A stretch of 64,000 nucleotides of DNA from Candidatus Spyradocola merdavium (GTDB taxonomy: Bacteria; Bacillota; Clostridia; Christensenellales; UBA1750). Below are positions 63,200 through 64,000 of the stretch, piece by piece. Both the position numbers and the translations under genes were made by a program. A model generated the notes under the pieces. It worked only from the letters and a program-made list of their open reading frames with translations. It was not told the DNA's origin and did not search any database. The stretch spans positions 13,592-77,591 of the forward strand of contig DVIM01000026.1 of the NCBI GenBank assembly GCA_018711265.1. Direction: 5' to 3'. Position 1 is the stretch's first letter; every line of letters begins with the position of its first letter.

Positions 63200-63345
63200 A
63201 ACGATCCCTCCAGATCCTTTTTCCAATGGTTTGGCAGCAGCGTATGCCGGACGCAGCAGCAGCGTGCATGGAAACCGCCGAAAAAATCGGATTCCCACGC
63301 CAAATTCCGCCTGTGCCGCCGCTTCGTCCTTTTTTATCGGAGATC

Positions 63346-63374
63346 ATTATATAACGAACGGCAGCCGTATGCAA
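63346..63374 (-). promoter_or_regulatory. sigmaA promoter, TTGCAT-17 nt-TATAAT, giving a ~140-nt 5' UTR for the zinc-ribbon gene
   Basis: Hexamers read directly on the minus strand. Confidence 0.65.
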
Positions 63375-63536
63375 GCAGAACTCTCTGCGTTTTCGGAAAA
63401 ACTCCATTCTTAACATTCGTTTGATTTTGCGCATTTGAAAGATGTTTATGGGATCATAATTTTTGCAAACCTCGGTTTGTCCAGGATTTCGGCATTTGTG
63501 TTCAAAATTTCTTCGTTTTATTTTACAAAAACTTTA

Positions 63537-63565
63537 TTGACGAAATAGATCCCCCGTGCTATATT
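63537..63565 (+). promoter_or_regulatory. sigmaA promoter, TTGACG-17 nt-TATATT, preceded by an A/T-rich UP-like tract
   Basis: Hexamers read directly. The upstream tract is ttcgttttattttacaaaaactttat. Confidence 0.7.
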
Positions 63566-63570
63566 AATTC

Positions 63571-63720
63571 ATGACAGGTTACCTTCTTTCGAATCATATC
63601 CTTTTTAAGGCATATCTGCATCCTATTTGCTGATTCGTCAGCTCACTTCTATCGGCCTATCAAGAGGTACCTGCGCTGAACGCCGCGGTCAATTGCTAGA
63701 ATTGACCGCCTTTTCTTTGT
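63571..63720 (+). ncRNA. candidate ~150-nt structured RNA (cis leader or sRNA) ending in an intrinsic terminator
   Basis: Long-range helix 63575-63588 / 63662-63673. Internal hairpins at 63596-63615 and 63629-63642 (the latter with a UUCG loop). Terminator GCGGTCAATT-gctag-AATTGACCGC + CTTTTCTTTGT (63685-63720). No known riboswitch motif recognised. Confidence 0.4.
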
Positions 63721-63768
63721 CTATACGGGGGCGCGGAAAATCCGGCCCCTTTTGCGGAGGAATGGAAC

Positions 63769-64000
63769 ATGTACGAGGCGGAACTCTTTTCCCAGCGCGT
63801 CTGCATCGAGGCGGCGCCGGAGCTCTTCTCCCCGTCCGCTGCGGACCGGGGCACGCTGGCCATGGCCTCGCAGGTGGAGCTCTTGCCCGGCCAGACGCTC
63901 CTGGACCTGGGGTGCGGCGCGGGCCTTGTGGGCATTGCGGCGGCAAAGGTCCTGGGCGAGGGCGCCGTGGTCCTGACGGATGTAGACCCCGCAGCCGTGG
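63769..64000 (+). CDS. class I SAM-dependent methyltransferase (MTS / RsmC-YbxB-like small domain); 3' end outside the window
   Basis: Not in the ORF track because it has no stop within the window. ATG 63769 follows a GGAGGA RBS. Product MYEAELFSQRVCIEAAPELFSPSAADRGTLAMASQVELLPGQTLLDLGCGAGLVGIAAAKVLGEGAVVLTDVDPAAV, with SAM motif I LDLGCGAG. Confidence 0.8.
   Translation, partial: MYEAELFSQRVCIEAAPELFSPSAADRGTLAMASQVELLPGQTLLDLGCGAGLVGIAAAKVLGEGAVVLTDVDPAAV

Noticed and set aside
63571-63633. Leaderless 20-codon ORF MTGYLLSNHILFKAYLHPIC as a real peptide gene
   Set aside because: There is no supporting feature beyond the ATG coinciding with the predicted +1. It is mentioned under the RNA candidate only.
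63655-63680. CUAUCAAGAGG resembling the 5' end of an S-box (SAM-I) riboswitch upstream of a SAM-dependent methyltransferase
   Set aside because: The rest of the S-box core (GAGGGA, GGCAACC, the kink-turn and the four-way junction) is absent.

Overview
GC-rich, gene-dense chromosomal core segment from a spore-forming Firmicute. Gene order looks Clostridia/Oscillospirales-like, but the taxon is inference. Most genes are on the minus strand.

Contents, left to right:
- the 3' part of a GH13 amylase gene and a DUF1858 redox protein
- the glycogen operon glgB-glgC-glgD-glgA
- an aldo/keto-reductase-ferredoxin fusion plus an unassigned 599-aa protein
- a T-box(Val)-controlled valS, followed by folC, an MGDG-synthase-like glycosyltransferase and a GNAT
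- a stand-alone RelA/SpoT-domain protein, then icd
- a cell-shape block: VanW-like, DUF4321-like, maf, mreB-mreC-mreD, PBP2
- a PHP phosphoesterase, tilS-hpt-ftsH and a MarR regulator
- a Pho block: phoP-phoR and pstC-pstA-pstB-phoU, with no pstS
- nrdR and ylmC/ymxH
- spoIIGA-sigE-sigG
- a BlaI/BlaR1-type module
- a full dcw cluster: mraZ-rsmH-ftsL-PBP-murE-mraY-murD-ftsW/spoVE-murA-ftsQ-ftsA-ftsZ
- a metallophosphoesterase, a zinc-ribbon acidic protein and the 5' end of a methyltransferase

I recognised no rRNA, tRNA, CRISPR array, transposase, integrase or phage gene. Many long ORFs in the supplied track are stop-free antisense shadows or upstream run-ons, as expected for GC-rich DNA. Several starts were reset using RBS and context. 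The track prints alternative starts (GTG/TTG) as M.

Nothing here can be called a new system from sequence alone. The items most worth a second look are:
- the divergent RelA/SpoT-domain protein with an unassigned C-terminal half
- the BlaI/M56-peptidase module, insulated by terminators, that splits ftsZ from spoIIGA
- a promoter-to-terminator structured RNA candidate upstream of the terminal methyltransferase
- a PstS-less Pst system with a degenerate PstB
- a GNAT ORF that runs through a terminator after a C6 homopolymer
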